Notes: generated by a model not told the origin, from the letters alone. A stretch of DNA of 64,000 nucleotides from a bacterium (GCA_963605415.1 CAVCUL010000002.1:169231-233230); one strand, 5' to 3'. Shown: positions 1-9,655, counted from the first letter of the stretch. Program-made: numbers and translations.

Positions 1-415
1 TCTGCATGCTGGTCTCCACATCGTCTGGAATGGAAAAGTGGGTCTGAGAATTGATAATGCCAATGTGCTCCAGGGCAATGTAGTCGATCACCTTATCCTC
101 GGTGGCCTGGATAAATTGCAGCTGCTTTTTCAGCGTGTTGCCGTCCCGGCCCACCCAGTAGCGCATGGTCACGGTAATGCCCTCAAATTCCTCAAAGGTA
201 AACACCAACTTGCCGTCCCGTTCGGCAGAGTCCGTCACCTTCAGCCCTTTAGAGGAGAACTCTGTGCCGTCCGTAAAGTGAAAGGTGAATTCCGTGCTGT
301 TGCCGTCCGGCACCAAATCCATACCGGAGCGGGTGTTGCGGATGCGGGAGGCGTACAGATAACCCTCGTTGACCTTGAACTCCCGTTGCAGTGCATTGCT
401 CTTTAATCTAAACAT
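1..415 (-). CDS. hypothetical protein, N-terminal part only (gene runs off the left edge)
   Basis: Not in the ORF track because it is truncated. My reverse translation from the ATG (complement of 413-415) gives MFRLKSNALQREFKVNEGYLYASRIRNTRSGMDLVPDGNSTEFTFHF..., open to position 1. Preceded by CCAAAGGAGCAAAAT RBS. Family not recognised. Confidence 0.6.
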   Translation of the reverse strand, partial: MFRLKSNALQREFKVNEGYLYASRIRNTRSGMDLVPDGNSTEFTFHFTDGTEFSSKGLKVTDSAERDGKLVFTFEEFEGITVTMRYWVGRDGNTLKKQLQFIQATEDKVIDYIALEHIGIINSQTHFSIPDDVETSMQ

Positions 416-437
416 ATTTTGCTCCTTTGGACAGGAT

Positions 438-683
438 TTACAGAATTTCGTCAATGGCCTTTGCCAGCTGATCCGGGCAGGAGGTGCCCTTGCCGTTGCA
501 ACTGATGCCACGCAGTTTTTCCATCACTTCTTCTGCCGGCTGGCCCTCTACCAGGGCGGCGATGCCTTGCAGGTTGCCGTTGCAGCCACCAAGGAAGCGG
601 ACATTGCGTACTTTACCATCCTGGTCCAGATCAAAGGTGATCTGCCGGGCACAGGTGCCCTGGGTATCATATGTGTAACTCAT
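438..683 (-). CDS. TSCPD-domain small protein (TIGR03905-like)
   Basis: ORF 438..845(-) trimmed to ATG at 683 (MSYTYDTQGTCARQITFDLDQDGKV...). GGCNGNLQG and GTSCPDQLA motifs of the stand-alone TSCPD family; 81 aa. Confidence 0.8.
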   Translation of the reverse strand: MSYTYDTQGTCARQITFDLDQDGKVRNVRFLGGCNGNLQGIAALVEGQPAEEVMEKLRGISCNGKGTSCPDQLAKAIDEIL

Positions 684-979
684 TTTAGATCTCCCGTATT
701 TTAAGATTTTTACTCTAAATATATTGCGTTCGTACTCTATATTATACATACTCCGGCCACAGATTGCAATATTGGGTCTGTGACATTTCTGTAAATCCCG
801 CAGGGGCACAGGACAGTTTGGCCTCAAATGTCCGATAATCGGCACATTGCCTAAAAATGCGCCCGTATCTTTGGCAATTTTGTTCTATTGCATAAAAATC
901 AACCCTGTGGTAGACTAAAATTTGATGTAGGGTGCGCCTGTGCGGTGCCCGGAATTGTATTTTAAGAGAGGTACTTTTT

Positions 980-1993
980 ATGCAAAAACTGCGCGTTGGC
1001 ATCATCGGCGCCGGTCGGATCGGCCAGGTGCACGCCAAATCCATTACTTACCACATTCCTCAGGCGGAGATTGCGGCCATCAGTGACCTGTTCCCGGAGA
1101 ACGCCCAAAGGGTGGCGGACGACCTGGGAATCCCCAAGGCGGTGCAGGATTACCACGAGATTCTCAATGATCCTACGGTGGACGCAGTGTTGATCTGCTC
1201 TTCTACCGATACCCATGCGGACATTGCCGTGGAGGCCGCCAAGGCCGGCAAGCATATTTTTTGTGAAAAGCCGGTGGATCTGACCGTTGCCAAAATCAAG
1301 GCAGTGGAAGCTGCGGTCAAAGAGGCGGGCGTGAAGTTGCAAATCGGCTTTAATCGCCGCTATGACCATAACTTTGCCGCCATTAAGGATCTGGCAAACG
1401 CCGGCAAGATCGGCCAGCTCCAAACCATTAAGATCACCTCCCGTGACCCGGAGCCGCCCCCGGTATCTTATGTGAAGGTCAGCGGCGGCATCTTCCTGGA
1501 CATGACCGTCCATGACTTTGATATGGCCCGTTTTATCGGCGGCGAGGTAGAAGAAGTGTTCGTCAATGCTGCCGTGCTGGTAGACCCGGCCATCGGCGAC
1601 GCAGGAGATGTGGACACCGCTTTGGTAAGCCTGAAATTTAAGAGCGGCGCCATCGGTGTCATCGACAACTGCCGCAAAGCCTCTTACGGCTACGACCAGC
1701 GGTTGGAGGTGTTCGGCTCCAAGGCCCAGGCCTCCGCTGCCAACGATACCCCCACCCATGTGGCGTTTATTGATGAGAACGGCAAGGTAACGGATAAGCC
1801 GCTGTACTTCTTCCTGGAGCGGTATATGCAGTCCTTTACCGATGAGATGACTGAATTTATCGACTGCGTGCTCCATGATAAACCCACCAAAACCACGGTG
1901 GAGGACGGCTTGCAGGCGCTGCGTATGGGCCTGGCTGCTAAGAAGTCTCTGGCTGAGCACCGCCCGGTAAAGCTCAGCGAGATCGAAGCATAA
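980..1993 (+). CDS. iolG: inositol 2-dehydrogenase (Gfo/Idh/MocA oxidoreductase)
   Basis: ORF 932..1993(+) trimmed to ATG 980 behind AAGAGAGG RBS. MQKLRVGIIGAGRIGQVH Rossmann motif. Sits directly upstream of iolD and iolE. Confidence 0.85.
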   Translation: MQKLRVGIIGAGRIGQVHAKSITYHIPQAEIAAISDLFPENAQRVADDLGIPKAVQDYHEILNDPTVDAVLICSSTDTHADIAVEAAKAGKHIFCEKPVDLTVAKIKAVEAAVKEAGVKLQIGFNRRYDHNFAAIKDLANAGKIGQLQTIKITSRDPEPPPVSYVKVSGGIFLDMTVHDFDMARFIGGEVEEVFVNAAVLVDPAIGDAGDVDTALVSLKFKSGAIGVIDNCRKASYGYDQRLEVFGSKAQASAANDTPTHVAFIDENGKVTDKPLYFFLERYMQSFTDEMTEFIDCVLHDKPTKTTVEDGLQALRMGLAAKKSLAEHRPVKLSEIEA

Positions 1994-2017
1994 TACATTC
2001 CAAAGGACTTTGAGTAT

Positions 2018-3871
2018 ATGAAGCGAGTTAGACTGACCATGTCCCAGGCGCTGGTACAGTTCCTGGACAATCAATATATCGAATGTGACGGCGTAGAGAG
2101 CAAGTTCGTCAGCGGCATCTTTGGCATCTTTGGCCACGGGTGCGTGGTGGGCGTGGGCCAGGCGCTGGAGCAGGGGGGCCATAACCTGAAATTTTATCAG
2201 GGTAAGAACGAGCAGAATATGGCACTGGCTGCTGTGGCGTATGCTAAGCAGATGGACCGCAAGGCCATTATCCCCTGCGTGTCCTCCATCGGCCCCGGTG
2301 CCACCAATATGGTTACCGCCTGTGGCTGCGCCACCGCCAACCGCATTCCGCTGTTGGTTCTGCCCGGCGACACCTTTGCCTGCCGCCAGCCGGACCCGGT
2401 GCTCCAGCAGGCCGAGTTCTTTGACAATTACGGCCGCACGGTAACGGACGCCTTTAAGGGCGTGTGCCATTATTTTGACCGGATCAATCGGCCGGAACAG
2501 TTGATGACCGCCTGCCTGAACGCCATGCGGGTGCTGACGGACCCGGCAGATACCGGCGCCGTTTGCCTGGCTATGCCCCAGGACGTGGAGGGCGAGGCCT
2601 ATGACTACCCGGTGCACTTCCTGCAAAAGCGGGTGTGGCACTTGGATCGCCGCCCGGTGGCAGAGAGCCAGTTGCAGCGGGCCGTGGCCGCCATTAAGCA
2701 GGCCAAAAAGCCCATTCTCATTTGCGGCGGCGGCGTGCGGTACAGTGGGGCAGAGGCTGCCCTGCAAAAGCTGGCAGAAACTTATAACATTCCCATTGCG
2801 GAGACCCAGGCCGGGCGCAGTTTGGTGCCTTGGCAGCACCCGCTGAATCTGGGCGGTATCGGCGTCACCGGCGGCAAGGCTGCCAATGTGATCGGCCGGG
2901 ACGCAGACCTGATTATCGGCGTGGGCACTCGGTTCTCCGACTTTACCACTTCTTCCAAGTGGCTGTTTAATGAGGATCGCAAGGTGCTGGGGATCAATAT
3001 TTGCCCCTTTGACGCGTATAAAATGGACGCCGAGGCCATTGTGGCAGACGCAAAGGTGACCTTGGAGGCACTGCTGCCTGCTCTTTCCGGGTACAAGACC
3101 GCCTATACCGGCGAGATCGCAGCCGCCAAGGCGGAATGGGAGGCCATTGTAGATGACTACTACGCCAAGGAGCTGCCCGGCGGGCTGAACCAGACTTTGG
3201 CCCTGGGCATGATCAACGAGTTTATGCCCCACGACGCCATTGCGCTTGGCTCTGCCGGATCCCTGCCCGGGGATATGCAGCGGCTGTTCCGTCCCAAGGA
3301 CCGGGGCACTTACCATATGGAGTACGGCTACTCCAATATGGGCTATGAGGTCAACGGCGCTCTGGGCGCCAAGCTGGCCTGCCCGGACAAAGAGGTGTAC
3401 ACCTTCTGTGGGGACGGCTCATTCCTGATGGGCCACAGCGAGTTGTACACCGCCCTGCAAGAGGGGCTGAAGATCAATGTGTGCCTGTTTGACAATATGG
3501 GTTGGGGCTGCATTGAGAATTTGCAGAACAACCAGGGCACCGATACCTTTGGCACCGTGTTCCGTGCTCGCAATCCCAAGACGGGTATGCTGGACGGGGC
3601 GGAAATTGATGTGGATTTTGCCAAGATCGCAGAGGGCTACGGCGCCAAGGGCTACACCTGCCGCACCTCGGATGAGCTGCGCGCCGCACTGGCAGACGCA
3701 GCCACCCAGGACCGGGCGTGCCTGTTTGACATTAAGGTGCTGCCCAAGACCATGACCCCCGGCTTTGAGAGCTGGTGGCGCGTGGGCGTGGCGGAGGTGT
3801 CAAAGAGCGAGACCGTGGCCGCCGCCTATGCGGATATGCAGGCGAATATCGCCAAGACTTTTGATTATTAA
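2018..3871 (+). CDS. iolD: 3D-(3,5/4)-trihydroxycyclohexane-1,2-dione acylhydrolase (TPP enzyme)
   Basis: 617-aa ORF. N-terminus MKRVRLTMSQALVQFLDNQYIE..GIFGIFGHG..GQALEQ closely resembles B. subtilis IolD. TPP-binding GDGSF..N motif region present. Confidence 0.9.
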   Translation: MKRVRLTMSQALVQFLDNQYIECDGVESKFVSGIFGIFGHGCVVGVGQALEQGGHNLKFYQGKNEQNMALAAVAYAKQMDRKAIIPCVSSIGPGATNMVTACGCATANRIPLLVLPGDTFACRQPDPVLQQAEFFDNYGRTVTDAFKGVCHYFDRINRPEQLMTACLNAMRVLTDPADTGAVCLAMPQDVEGEAYDYPVHFLQKRVWHLDRRPVAESQLQRAVAAIKQAKKPILICGGGVRYSGAEAALQKLAETYNIPIAETQAGRSLVPWQHPLNLGGIGVTGGKAANVIGRDADLIIGVGTRFSDFTTSSKWLFNEDRKVLGINICPFDAYKMDAEAIVADAKVTLEALLPALSGYKTAYTGEIAAAKAEWEAIVDDYYAKELPGGLNQTLALGMINEFMPHDAIALGSAGSLPGDMQRLFRPKDRGTYHMEYGYSNMGYEVNGALGAKLACPDKEVYTFCGDGSFLMGHSELYTALQEGLKINVCLFDNMGWGCIENLQNNQGTDTFGTVFRARNPKTGMLDGAEIDVDFAKIAEGYGAKGYTCRTSDELRAALADAATQDRACLFDIKVLPKTMTPGFESWWRVGVAEVSKSETVAAAYADMQANIAKTFDY

Positions 3872-3883
3872 GGAGCACAGCTT

Positions 3884-4783
3884 ATGCTAAACCCGGATAA
3901 AGTAAAATTGGCCATTGCCCCCATCGGCTGGACCAATGACGATATGCCCGACCTGGGCGCAGAAAACACCTTTGAGCAGTGTATCAGCGAGATGGCGCTG
4001 GCCGGTTTCTCCGGCTCGGAGATCGGCAACAAATATCCCGCAGACCCGGCGGTGCTCAAGCCGTATTTGGATATTCGCGGACTGCAAATTTGCAACGCCT
4101 GGTTCTCGTCTTACCTGACTTCCAAGCCTTATGAGGAGACCATTGCCGCCTTTAAGCAGCACTGCGACAAGCTGTACGCCCTGGGCGCCAAGGTGATCGG
4201 CGCTTCCGAGCAGGGCAATTCCATTCAGGGCTGCCTGGACAAATCCATTTTGGACGAAAAGCCGGTGTACACCGAGGAACAGTGGCAAACGGTGGCCCGT
4301 GGTTTTAACGAGATGGGCGCCTACGCCCGCTCCAAGGGAATGTACTTTACCGTGCACCACCATATGGGCACCGGCGTGCAGACGGCGGAGGAAATCGACC
4401 GCCTGATGGCACTGACGGACCCGGAGCTGGTGTACCTGCTGTTTGACAGCGGCCACCTGACTTTTGCCGGGATCGACCCGGTGCCGGTGCTGGAGAAGTA
4501 CGCTCACCGGGTCAAGCATGTGCACCTGAAAGATGTGCGCCTGGATGTGTACAACAACCGGGTGGTGCCGGAGCACATGAGCTTTTTGGACGCGGTGCGG
4601 GCAGGCGTGTTTACCGTGCCCGGGGACGGCGATGTGGACTTTAAGCCCATCTTCGATATTTTGGACCGTACCGGCTATGAGGGCTGGGTGGTGGTGGAGG
4701 CCGAGCAGGACCCGGCCAAGGCCAATCCCTTTGCCTACGCGGTCAAGGCCCGCAAATACATTCAAGAGGTCGCCGGCCTTTAA
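3884..4783 (+). CDS. iolE: myo-inosose-2 dehydratase (xylose-isomerase-like TIM barrel)
   Basis: 299-aa [24 protein letters not shown]...[10 protein letters not shown]-terminus is typical of IolE. Lies 12 nt after iolD. Confidence 0.9.
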   Translation: MLNPDKVKLAIAPIGWTNDDMPDLGAENTFEQCISEMALAGFSGSEIGNKYPADPAVLKPYLDIRGLQICNAWFSSYLTSKPYEETIAAFKQHCDKLYALGAKVIGASEQGNSIQGCLDKSILDEKPVYTEEQWQTVARGFNEMGAYARSKGMYFTVHHHMGTGVQTAEEIDRLMALTDPELVYLLFDSGHLTFAGIDPVPVLEKYAHRVKHVHLKDVRLDVYNNRVVPEHMSFLDAVRAGVFTVPGDGDVDFKPIFDILDRTGYEGWVVVEAEQDPAKANPFAYAVKARKYIQEVAGL

Positions 4784-4830
4784 AAAGCGACAGTTCGGTC
4801 AGGCAAGAAAAGAAAATAGCAGAGGAAGTT

Positions 4831-4859
4831 GCGCAGCTCCGCAGGGGGCTGCGCCTTTT
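4831..4859 (+). terminator. candidate intrinsic terminator after iolE
   Basis: GCGCAGC / GCTGCGC stem with a 10-nt loop, followed by CTTTT. The T-run is short. Confidence 0.45.
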
Positions 4860-4867
4860 GGTACAAA

Positions 4868-4896
4868 TTGACAGGATTGTTTAGATCGGGTATAAT
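4868..4896 (+). promoter_or_regulatory. sigma-70-type promoter for the esterase gene
   Basis: TTGACA (4868-4873), 17 nt, TATAAT (4891-4896). GAGGGGGA RBS before ATG 4925. Confidence 0.65.
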
Positions 4897-4924
4897 TATG
4901 ATAGACATTTGAGGGGGAATTGGT

Positions 4925-6094
4925 ATGAAAACACGGCAAAAGGCCCGTCAGGTACAGACGGCAGACTGTGTGCCTGTGAAGGGGAAAAAGAGCAAAAAGA
5001 AGGTGTGGGCTGTGGTAATCGGCGTTTTGCTGGCGATAATTCTGACGGCAATTGCATTTATTGAATTGAGTACCCTGCCCCGCAAGGACACGGCGGACAA
5101 TGTGATCTACATTGGCGGTATGGTCACCTCAGACACAGTGGAGTACGCCGACGGCAGCGGCAAGGGGTTGCTGCGCAACCCGGTGGTGAAGATCATGCAG
5201 ATGGTGTGGCGCTACTGCGACGGTGGCGACAAGGCCAAGCACGCGGCTCAGGACCCGCCCACGGTGACGGAAGTGAACGACCTGGCCTACATAGAGGACG
5301 GCAATCTGTATCATACACTGGATGTACTTTATCCAACGGACACCCAGCCCGACGCCAAGCTGCCGGTAATCATTGACATTCACGGCGGCGGCTGGATGTA
5401 TGCAGAAAAGGGGCTGAACCACCACTATTGTGCCGCTCTGGCAAACCGGGGATATGTGGTCTTTAATATCAACTACCGACTGGTGCCGGATGTGACGGTG
5501 AATGAGCAGCTGCAGGATGTGGCCCGGGCGCTGCGCTGGATTCGTGACCACGGCAGCGAATATCCCTGCGATATGAGCAATATTTTGCTGACCGGCGACT
5601 CTGCAGGCGGGCAACTGGCGGCGTACAGTGCGGTGCTGATGCAAAGTGCCCAGCTGCGCAAGACCTTTGACACGGTGGATCCGCAAATGGAGCTGACGGC
5701 GCTGCTGCTTACCTCGCCGGTGGCCTTTATGCGGGACGGCGGGTTGTTCAGCCTGTACACCAAGCCCATGTGGGGCACGGATTATAAAGACAAAGCCACT
5801 TATCCGTACATGGATTTTGACCAGATTATCGACTACGCCCAGGCGCTGCCGCCCACATATTTGATCACCAGCAGCGGAGATACCCTGGCAAATAAGCAGA
5901 CCCGTCGGCTGTATAAAGTGTTACAGGCGCACGGGGTGCAAACGGAGATGAAGGACTACGCCAAGACGGAGTATAACCAGTCGCTGCCCCATGTATTCAG
6001 CGTGTTGCAGCCCTTTGAACCGGCAGGCACGGCGGCCATTGACAAGGCGCTGGCTTTTTATCAAAAGGCCATAGCTGCCAAAGCGGCTCAATAA
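4925..6094 (+). CDS. membrane-anchored alpha/beta hydrolase (HSL/family IV-type esterase)
   Basis: 389-aa ORF. Lys-rich N-terminus followed by one TM helix (VWAVVIGVLLAIILTAIAFI). HGGGW oxyanion motif and GDSAGG nucleophile elbow. Confidence 0.85.
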   Translation: MKTRQKARQVQTADCVPVKGKKSKKKVWAVVIGVLLAIILTAIAFIELSTLPRKDTADNVIYIGGMVTSDTVEYADGSGKGLLRNPVVKIMQMVWRYCDGGDKAKHAAQDPPTVTEVNDLAYIEDGNLYHTLDVLYPTDTQPDAKLPVIIDIHGGGWMYAEKGLNHHYCAALANRGYVVFNINYRLVPDVTVNEQLQDVARALRWIRDHGSEYPCDMSNILLTGDSAGGQLAAYSAVLMQSAQLRKTFDTVDPQMELTALLLTSPVAFMRDGGLFSLYTKPMWGTDYKDKATYPYMDFDQIIDYAQALPPTYLITSSGDTLANKQTRRLYKVLQAHGVQTEMKDYAKTEYNQSLPHVFSVLQPFEPAGTAAIDKALAFYQKAIAAKAAQ

Positions 6095-6227
6095 CAGAAA
6101 ATCATTTGCACCTGTGTATTCATATGGTACGCAGGTGTTTTTTATAGCCGATTGTTTTAATGGGTGGTTGCCTTTTAGGCGCCGGTTCGGTATAATGAGA
6201 GTATCAAAACAAATGAGGGGGAGCCTT

Positions 6228-7508
6228 ATGCGAACGGTATTTCAAAATTGTACGCTGTTGGACGGAACGGAGCAGATGACGCCCCGCCCCGGCACCGATG
6301 TGGCGATAGAAAATGGAAAAATTACACAGATCGGAAAGATCGCACCCACCAAGATGGATCGAGTGGTGGACCTGAGCGGTAAATACCTGATGCCCGGCCT
6401 GATCAATCTGCATGTGCACCTGCCGGCGGGCGGCAAGCCCCAGAACAAGCCGATGAATACCACTGGGTTGACGAAGATTGCTTTGTCCTCCGGTCTGTCC
6501 CGGGCGCTGGTGCTGCGGCTTTGCCATGCCTATGCCATGCAGGGGCTGCTGTCCGGTGTGACGACGATTCGTGCGGTAGGCGGTTTGGATAATCTGGACA
6601 CCCGACTGCGGGACAAGATCAACGCCGGTAAACTGGACGGTCCGCGGATCTTGGCGGCCAACTATGCCATCGGTGTGCCCCACGGCCACATGGTGGGTTC
6701 TGTGACCCGTCCGGCAGAGACGGTGGCGGACGCAGTGCGCATGGTGGATCAGCTTCACGGCCAAAATGTAGATCTGATCAAGCTGATGATCACCGGCGGC
6801 GTGATGGACGCCAAAGTGAAGGGCGAGCCGGGACGGCTGATGATGCAGGCGGATATGATCAAGGCCTGCTGCGACCGTGCGCATAGCCATGGTCTAAAGG
6901 TGGCTGCTCATGTGCAAAGTCCGGAGGGAGTGCGCACGGCAGTGCTCAACGGTGTGGACTCTATTGAACATGGATCCACCTTGTCTGAAGCAGAGTTACA
7001 GGCGTTCCACAAAAGCGGTGCAGTGTTGGTGTGTACCCTGTCGCCGGCTATGCCTATGGCCAAGTTCCAAAGGGAGACTTTGGGTATTACTGAAGCGGTG
7101 CAGTACAACTCCAATTTGGTGTACAATAATATGATTCTGGGTGCCAAGGCTGCGCTGGCGGACGGTGTAACCGTTGGTTTGGGTACAGACACCGGCTGCC
7201 CGTATACTACCCATTACAATATGTGGCGGGAATTGCATTATTTTGAAAAGAATGTGGGCGTTACAGCGGCATTTGCTCTGTATACTGCTACCCTGAACAA
7301 TGCCCGTATTTTGGGCCTTGGCGATGTGACCGGCAGCGTAGAGGTGGGCAAGTGCGCCGATCTGCTCATCGCAAACAGTGATCCGCTGGCGGACTTCCGT
7401 GCCCTGGAGCAGCCGTATATGGTAGTGGCGCGTGGCAAGATCTATGAACGCCCGCAAATTAAAAAATACCCCGCCTGCGAAGCGGAGCTGGATAAGTATT
7501 ACGATTGA
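6228..7508 (+). CDS. amidohydrolase family protein (metal-dependent hydrolase)
   Basis: ORF 6114..7508(+) trimmed to ATG 6228 behind GAGGGGGA RBS. MRTVFQNCTLLDG..., GLINLHVHL (HxH metal site), later AAHV and EHG motifs. Confidence 0.85.
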   Translation: MRTVFQNCTLLDGTEQMTPRPGTDVAIENGKITQIGKIAPTKMDRVVDLSGKYLMPGLINLHVHLPAGGKPQNKPMNTTGLTKIALSSGLSRALVLRLCHAYAMQGLLSGVTTIRAVGGLDNLDTRLRDKINAGKLDGPRILAANYAIGVPHGHMVGSVTRPAETVADAVRMVDQLHGQNVDLIKLMITGGVMDAKVKGEPGRLMMQADMIKACCDRAHSHGLKVAAHVQSPEGVRTAVLNGVDSIEHGSTLSEAELQAFHKSGAVLVCTLSPAMPMAKFQRETLGITEAVQYNSNLVYNNMILGAKAALADGVTVGLGTDTGCPYTTHYNMWRELHYFEKNVGVTAAFALYTATLNNARILGLGDVTGSVEVGKCADLLIANSDPLADFRALEQPYMVVARGKIYERPQIKKYPACEAELDKYYD

Positions 7509-7547
7509 TGGAAACACCCAATATATGCAAACCACTTTGCAAATGAG

Positions 7548-7575
7548 AAATCGCCACCTTTCCAGGTGGCGATTT
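7548..7575. terminator. hairpin between convergent genes (bidirectional terminator candidate)
   Basis: AAATCGCCACC / GGTGGCGATTT stem with a 6-nt loop, between the amidohydrolase (+) and the toxin (-). Confidence 0.5.
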
Positions 7576-7597
7576 GTAATTACAGGTGTATTCCATT

Positions 7598-7909
7598 TTA
7601 CTTTCCAAATAGAATTCGCATAAAATCTCGTCTACCATATAACACACGCACAATAAGCACTGTGTTATTTTCTATACGATAAAAAGCCGTATAGTTGCCA
7701 CAAACGAGAAAACGATAATTTGTGCCCAAATCAATGACTGCATCCAGCGGAGCACTGGAATTAGGAAATGTTCCCAATCTGTTAATGTGTTCCATAATTT
7801 TTGCAATCGTAGAAATCGCAGCTTGTTCATTACAGAGTTCGTTTGTAATATACGCTTTTATTTGCTGCAAATCATTTATTGCCTCCGGTGAAAACTTTAT
7901 ATCAGCCAT
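7598..7909 (-). CDS. type II toxin, RelE/ParE family
   Basis: ORF 7598..7915(-). The ATG at 7909 has a GGGAG RBS 6 nt upstream. MADIKFSPEAINDLQQIKAYI...FYRIENNTVLIVRVLYGRRDF is a typical ParE-like pattern. Overlaps the antitoxin stop by 8 nt. Confidence 0.85.
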   Translation of the reverse strand: MADIKFSPEAINDLQQIKAYITNELCNEQAAISTIAKIMEHINRLGTFPNSSAPLDAVIDLGTNYRFLVCGNYTAFYRIENNTVLIVRVLYGRRDFMRILFGK

Positions 7910-8156
7910 TTGCAACTCCCAACATTTTTTCTACTTCAGCAAAATCAGTCCAACCTTTTTCTTTGCCGGATTGCTCACCTTTTGAGAGTTCTCCCATAAG
8001 TTTTATTATAGCTTTTGTCTTTTCATATTCTTCCATATCGACAATTGCATATCTTCCTCTGCCGTTTTTGGTAAGAAAAACAGGTTCACCTACGGATATA
8101 TCTCTCAATACTTCGGTATAATTTCTTAAATCGGATACAGGTTTAATATTTGGCAT
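7902..8156 (-). CDS. type II antitoxin, Phd/YefM family
   Basis: 84-aa ORF. MPNIKPVSDLRNYTEVLRDISVGEPVFLTKNGRGRYAIVDMEEYE is the classic Phd/YefM N-terminal fold signature. AAAGGATGG RBS. Confidence 0.85.
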   Translation of the reverse strand: MPNIKPVSDLRNYTEVLRDISVGEPVFLTKNGRGRYAIVDMEEYEKTKAIIKLMGELSKGEQSGKEKGWTDFAEVEKMLGVANG

Positions 8157-8288
8157 AATACTGCACCATCCTTTCTGCTGTATTTATTATATGCTAATTC
8201 TTCGTAAAATACAACAGCAAAATGAAAATCGGTATCATTTTACCAGAGATACGGTTACAGATTTATAAAATCGAACAGGCATAAACAA

Positions 8289-8319
8289 AGAGGTCGTTCC
8301 GTAAGGGACGACCTCTTTT
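8289..8319 (-). terminator. intrinsic terminator downstream of the Nim-like gene
   Basis: AGAGGTCGT(TCC) GTAA (GGG)ACGACCTCT long stem with a GTAA tetraloop. The minus strand continues TTTGTTTAT. Confidence 0.6.
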
Positions 8320-8334
8320 GCGTGGGTTGATATT

Positions 8335-8811
8335 TTATTTTTCCTGGATCTCTTTGCCGGTGATGTGCTCAATTTGGATCTCAAACATCTGGACAGCTTT
8401 GCCGTGTTTTTTGATTTCCTCGGCTACCGCTTCGGTGCCGGGGTAGTATTTCATGGCCAACTGCTCCAGATAAAGTTGCGCCTTATCGCCCGGAGGCAAC
8501 AGGCGGCAACGACCGAAAGCAACTGCGCTTTGCACATAGGGTGCCCAGAGCGTTTCCCGAACGCATTCGTTGCCGTAGACGGTAAAGCATACCTTGTCAC
8601 AGGCGGTGATGGCATCAAATTTATGACCGGCTTTGGCGCCGTGAAAATAGATGCTGTTGCTGTTATCGTCGTAGATGTAATTGACCGGCACCGCATAGGG
8701 GTAGTCGTCGTCTCCGTGGACAGCCAGCACGCCCCGTCGACTGCTGTGCAGCAGCTGTCGGGTGGCGGTCAGGTCGATTGCTCTTTCTTTTCTGCGAATG
8801 GGTCGAAACAT
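8335..8811 (-). CDS. pyridoxamine 5'-phosphate oxidase family protein, NimA-like (nitroimidazole-reductase family)
   Basis: ORF 8335..8991(-) trimmed to ATG 8811. MFRPIRRKERAI...RRGVLAVHGDDDYPYAVPVNYIYD matches the Nim-type N-terminus (MFREMRRK...GDDGYPYAVP). Confidence 0.8.
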   Translation of the reverse strand: MFRPIRRKERAIDLTATRQLLHSSRRGVLAVHGDDDYPYAVPVNYIYDDNSNSIYFHGAKAGHKFDAITACDKVCFTVYGNECVRETLWAPYVQSAVAFGRCRLLPPGDKAQLYLEQLAMKYYPGTEAVAEEIKKHGKAVQMFEIQIEHITGKEIQEK

Positions 8812-8861
8812 AGGGCGTCCTTTCTTAACTGTGTTTGGGTCTGTGGATCTTATTTCTGCGA

Positions 8862-9629
8862 TCACCGGTCTGCCGGTCGGTAGGGCGGGCAGGTATAGAT
8901 CCGGCGGGTGCGGCTCTTTTTGCCGTAGGCGATGGCCGCCTTGGGGCAATAGCTGATGCAGGCCATGCAGTGGGTGCAGTGGCCGTTCCATCGGGGCTTG
9001 CCGCCTTGCAGTTCAATATTGTTCATGGGGCACAGGGCGGCGCATTTGCCGCAGCCGATACAGCTGTCGTCCACCGTAAACGTCCGGTCGTGGACGCAGG
9101 CTTTGTAAAAAACCGGGTTGACGATATAGGTCATAAACTTGCCAAAGGCAGTGGGTTTTGGCTCCGTTACGGGTTTGCTCTGCACAATGGAAGCAGCGGC
9201 CTGTTCCAGCGCAGGCACTGCCGCGGCAAGAAGATCGTTCACTTCTTCCGCCGAGTTAGGGGTAGGGAACAGGGCAATGTAATTCTCCGGCATAACGATC
9301 TCTGCCGTGCCCATATACTCCAGCTCCAGCCGGGCGCAGAGCTTGCGGTTTGTCTCCGGGGCGCTATGCACCTCACCGCCGCAGGTCATCACAAAGTACG
9401 CCTGTCTGCTGCCTGTAAAGGGGCAGCGAGCCAGAAAATCCGCAAAAATATGGGGGATCTGCCAGGCGTAGGTGGGACAGACAAACACCCAGGGGGTCAC
9501 GGAATGGAACCGAGGCGTGGTACCGCCTTTGATAAAGGGGTTGCAGTCCCGGACCGTGTCGCCCAGCCTGTGCCCCAGCAGCTCTGCTGCATAGCGGCTG
9601 TTGCCGGTTCCGGTGTAATACAAGATCAT
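8862..9629 (-). CDS. EFR1-family flavodoxin-like / 2x[4Fe-4S] ferredoxin fusion protein
   Basis: 255-aa ORF with GAGGAG RBS. MILYYTGTGNSRYAAE flavodoxin-like N-terminus. C-terminal CIGCGKCAALCP and CTHCMACISYCP cluster motifs. Confidence 0.8.
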   Translation of the reverse strand: MILYYTGTGNSRYAAELLGHRLGDTVRDCNPFIKGGTTPRFHSVTPWVFVCPTYAWQIPHIFADFLARCPFTGSRQAYFVMTCGGEVHSAPETNRKLCARLELEYMGTAEIVMPENYIALFPTPNSAEEVNDLLAAAVPALEQAAASIVQSKPVTEPKPTAFGKFMTYIVNPVFYKACVHDRTFTVDDSCIGCGKCAALCPMNNIELQGGKPRWNGHCTHCMACISYCPKAAIAYGKKSRTRRIYTCPPYRPADR

Positions 9630-9655
9630 AAGAAAACTCCTCTAATAGGTCAAAA

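Noticed and set aside
962-3316. 784-aa minus-strand ORF spanning iolG and most of iolD.
   Set aside because: Same codon-aligned antisense artefact (iolG and iolD share a frame). The sense-strand products have clear IolG/IolD identity, whereas the antisense product is low complexity.
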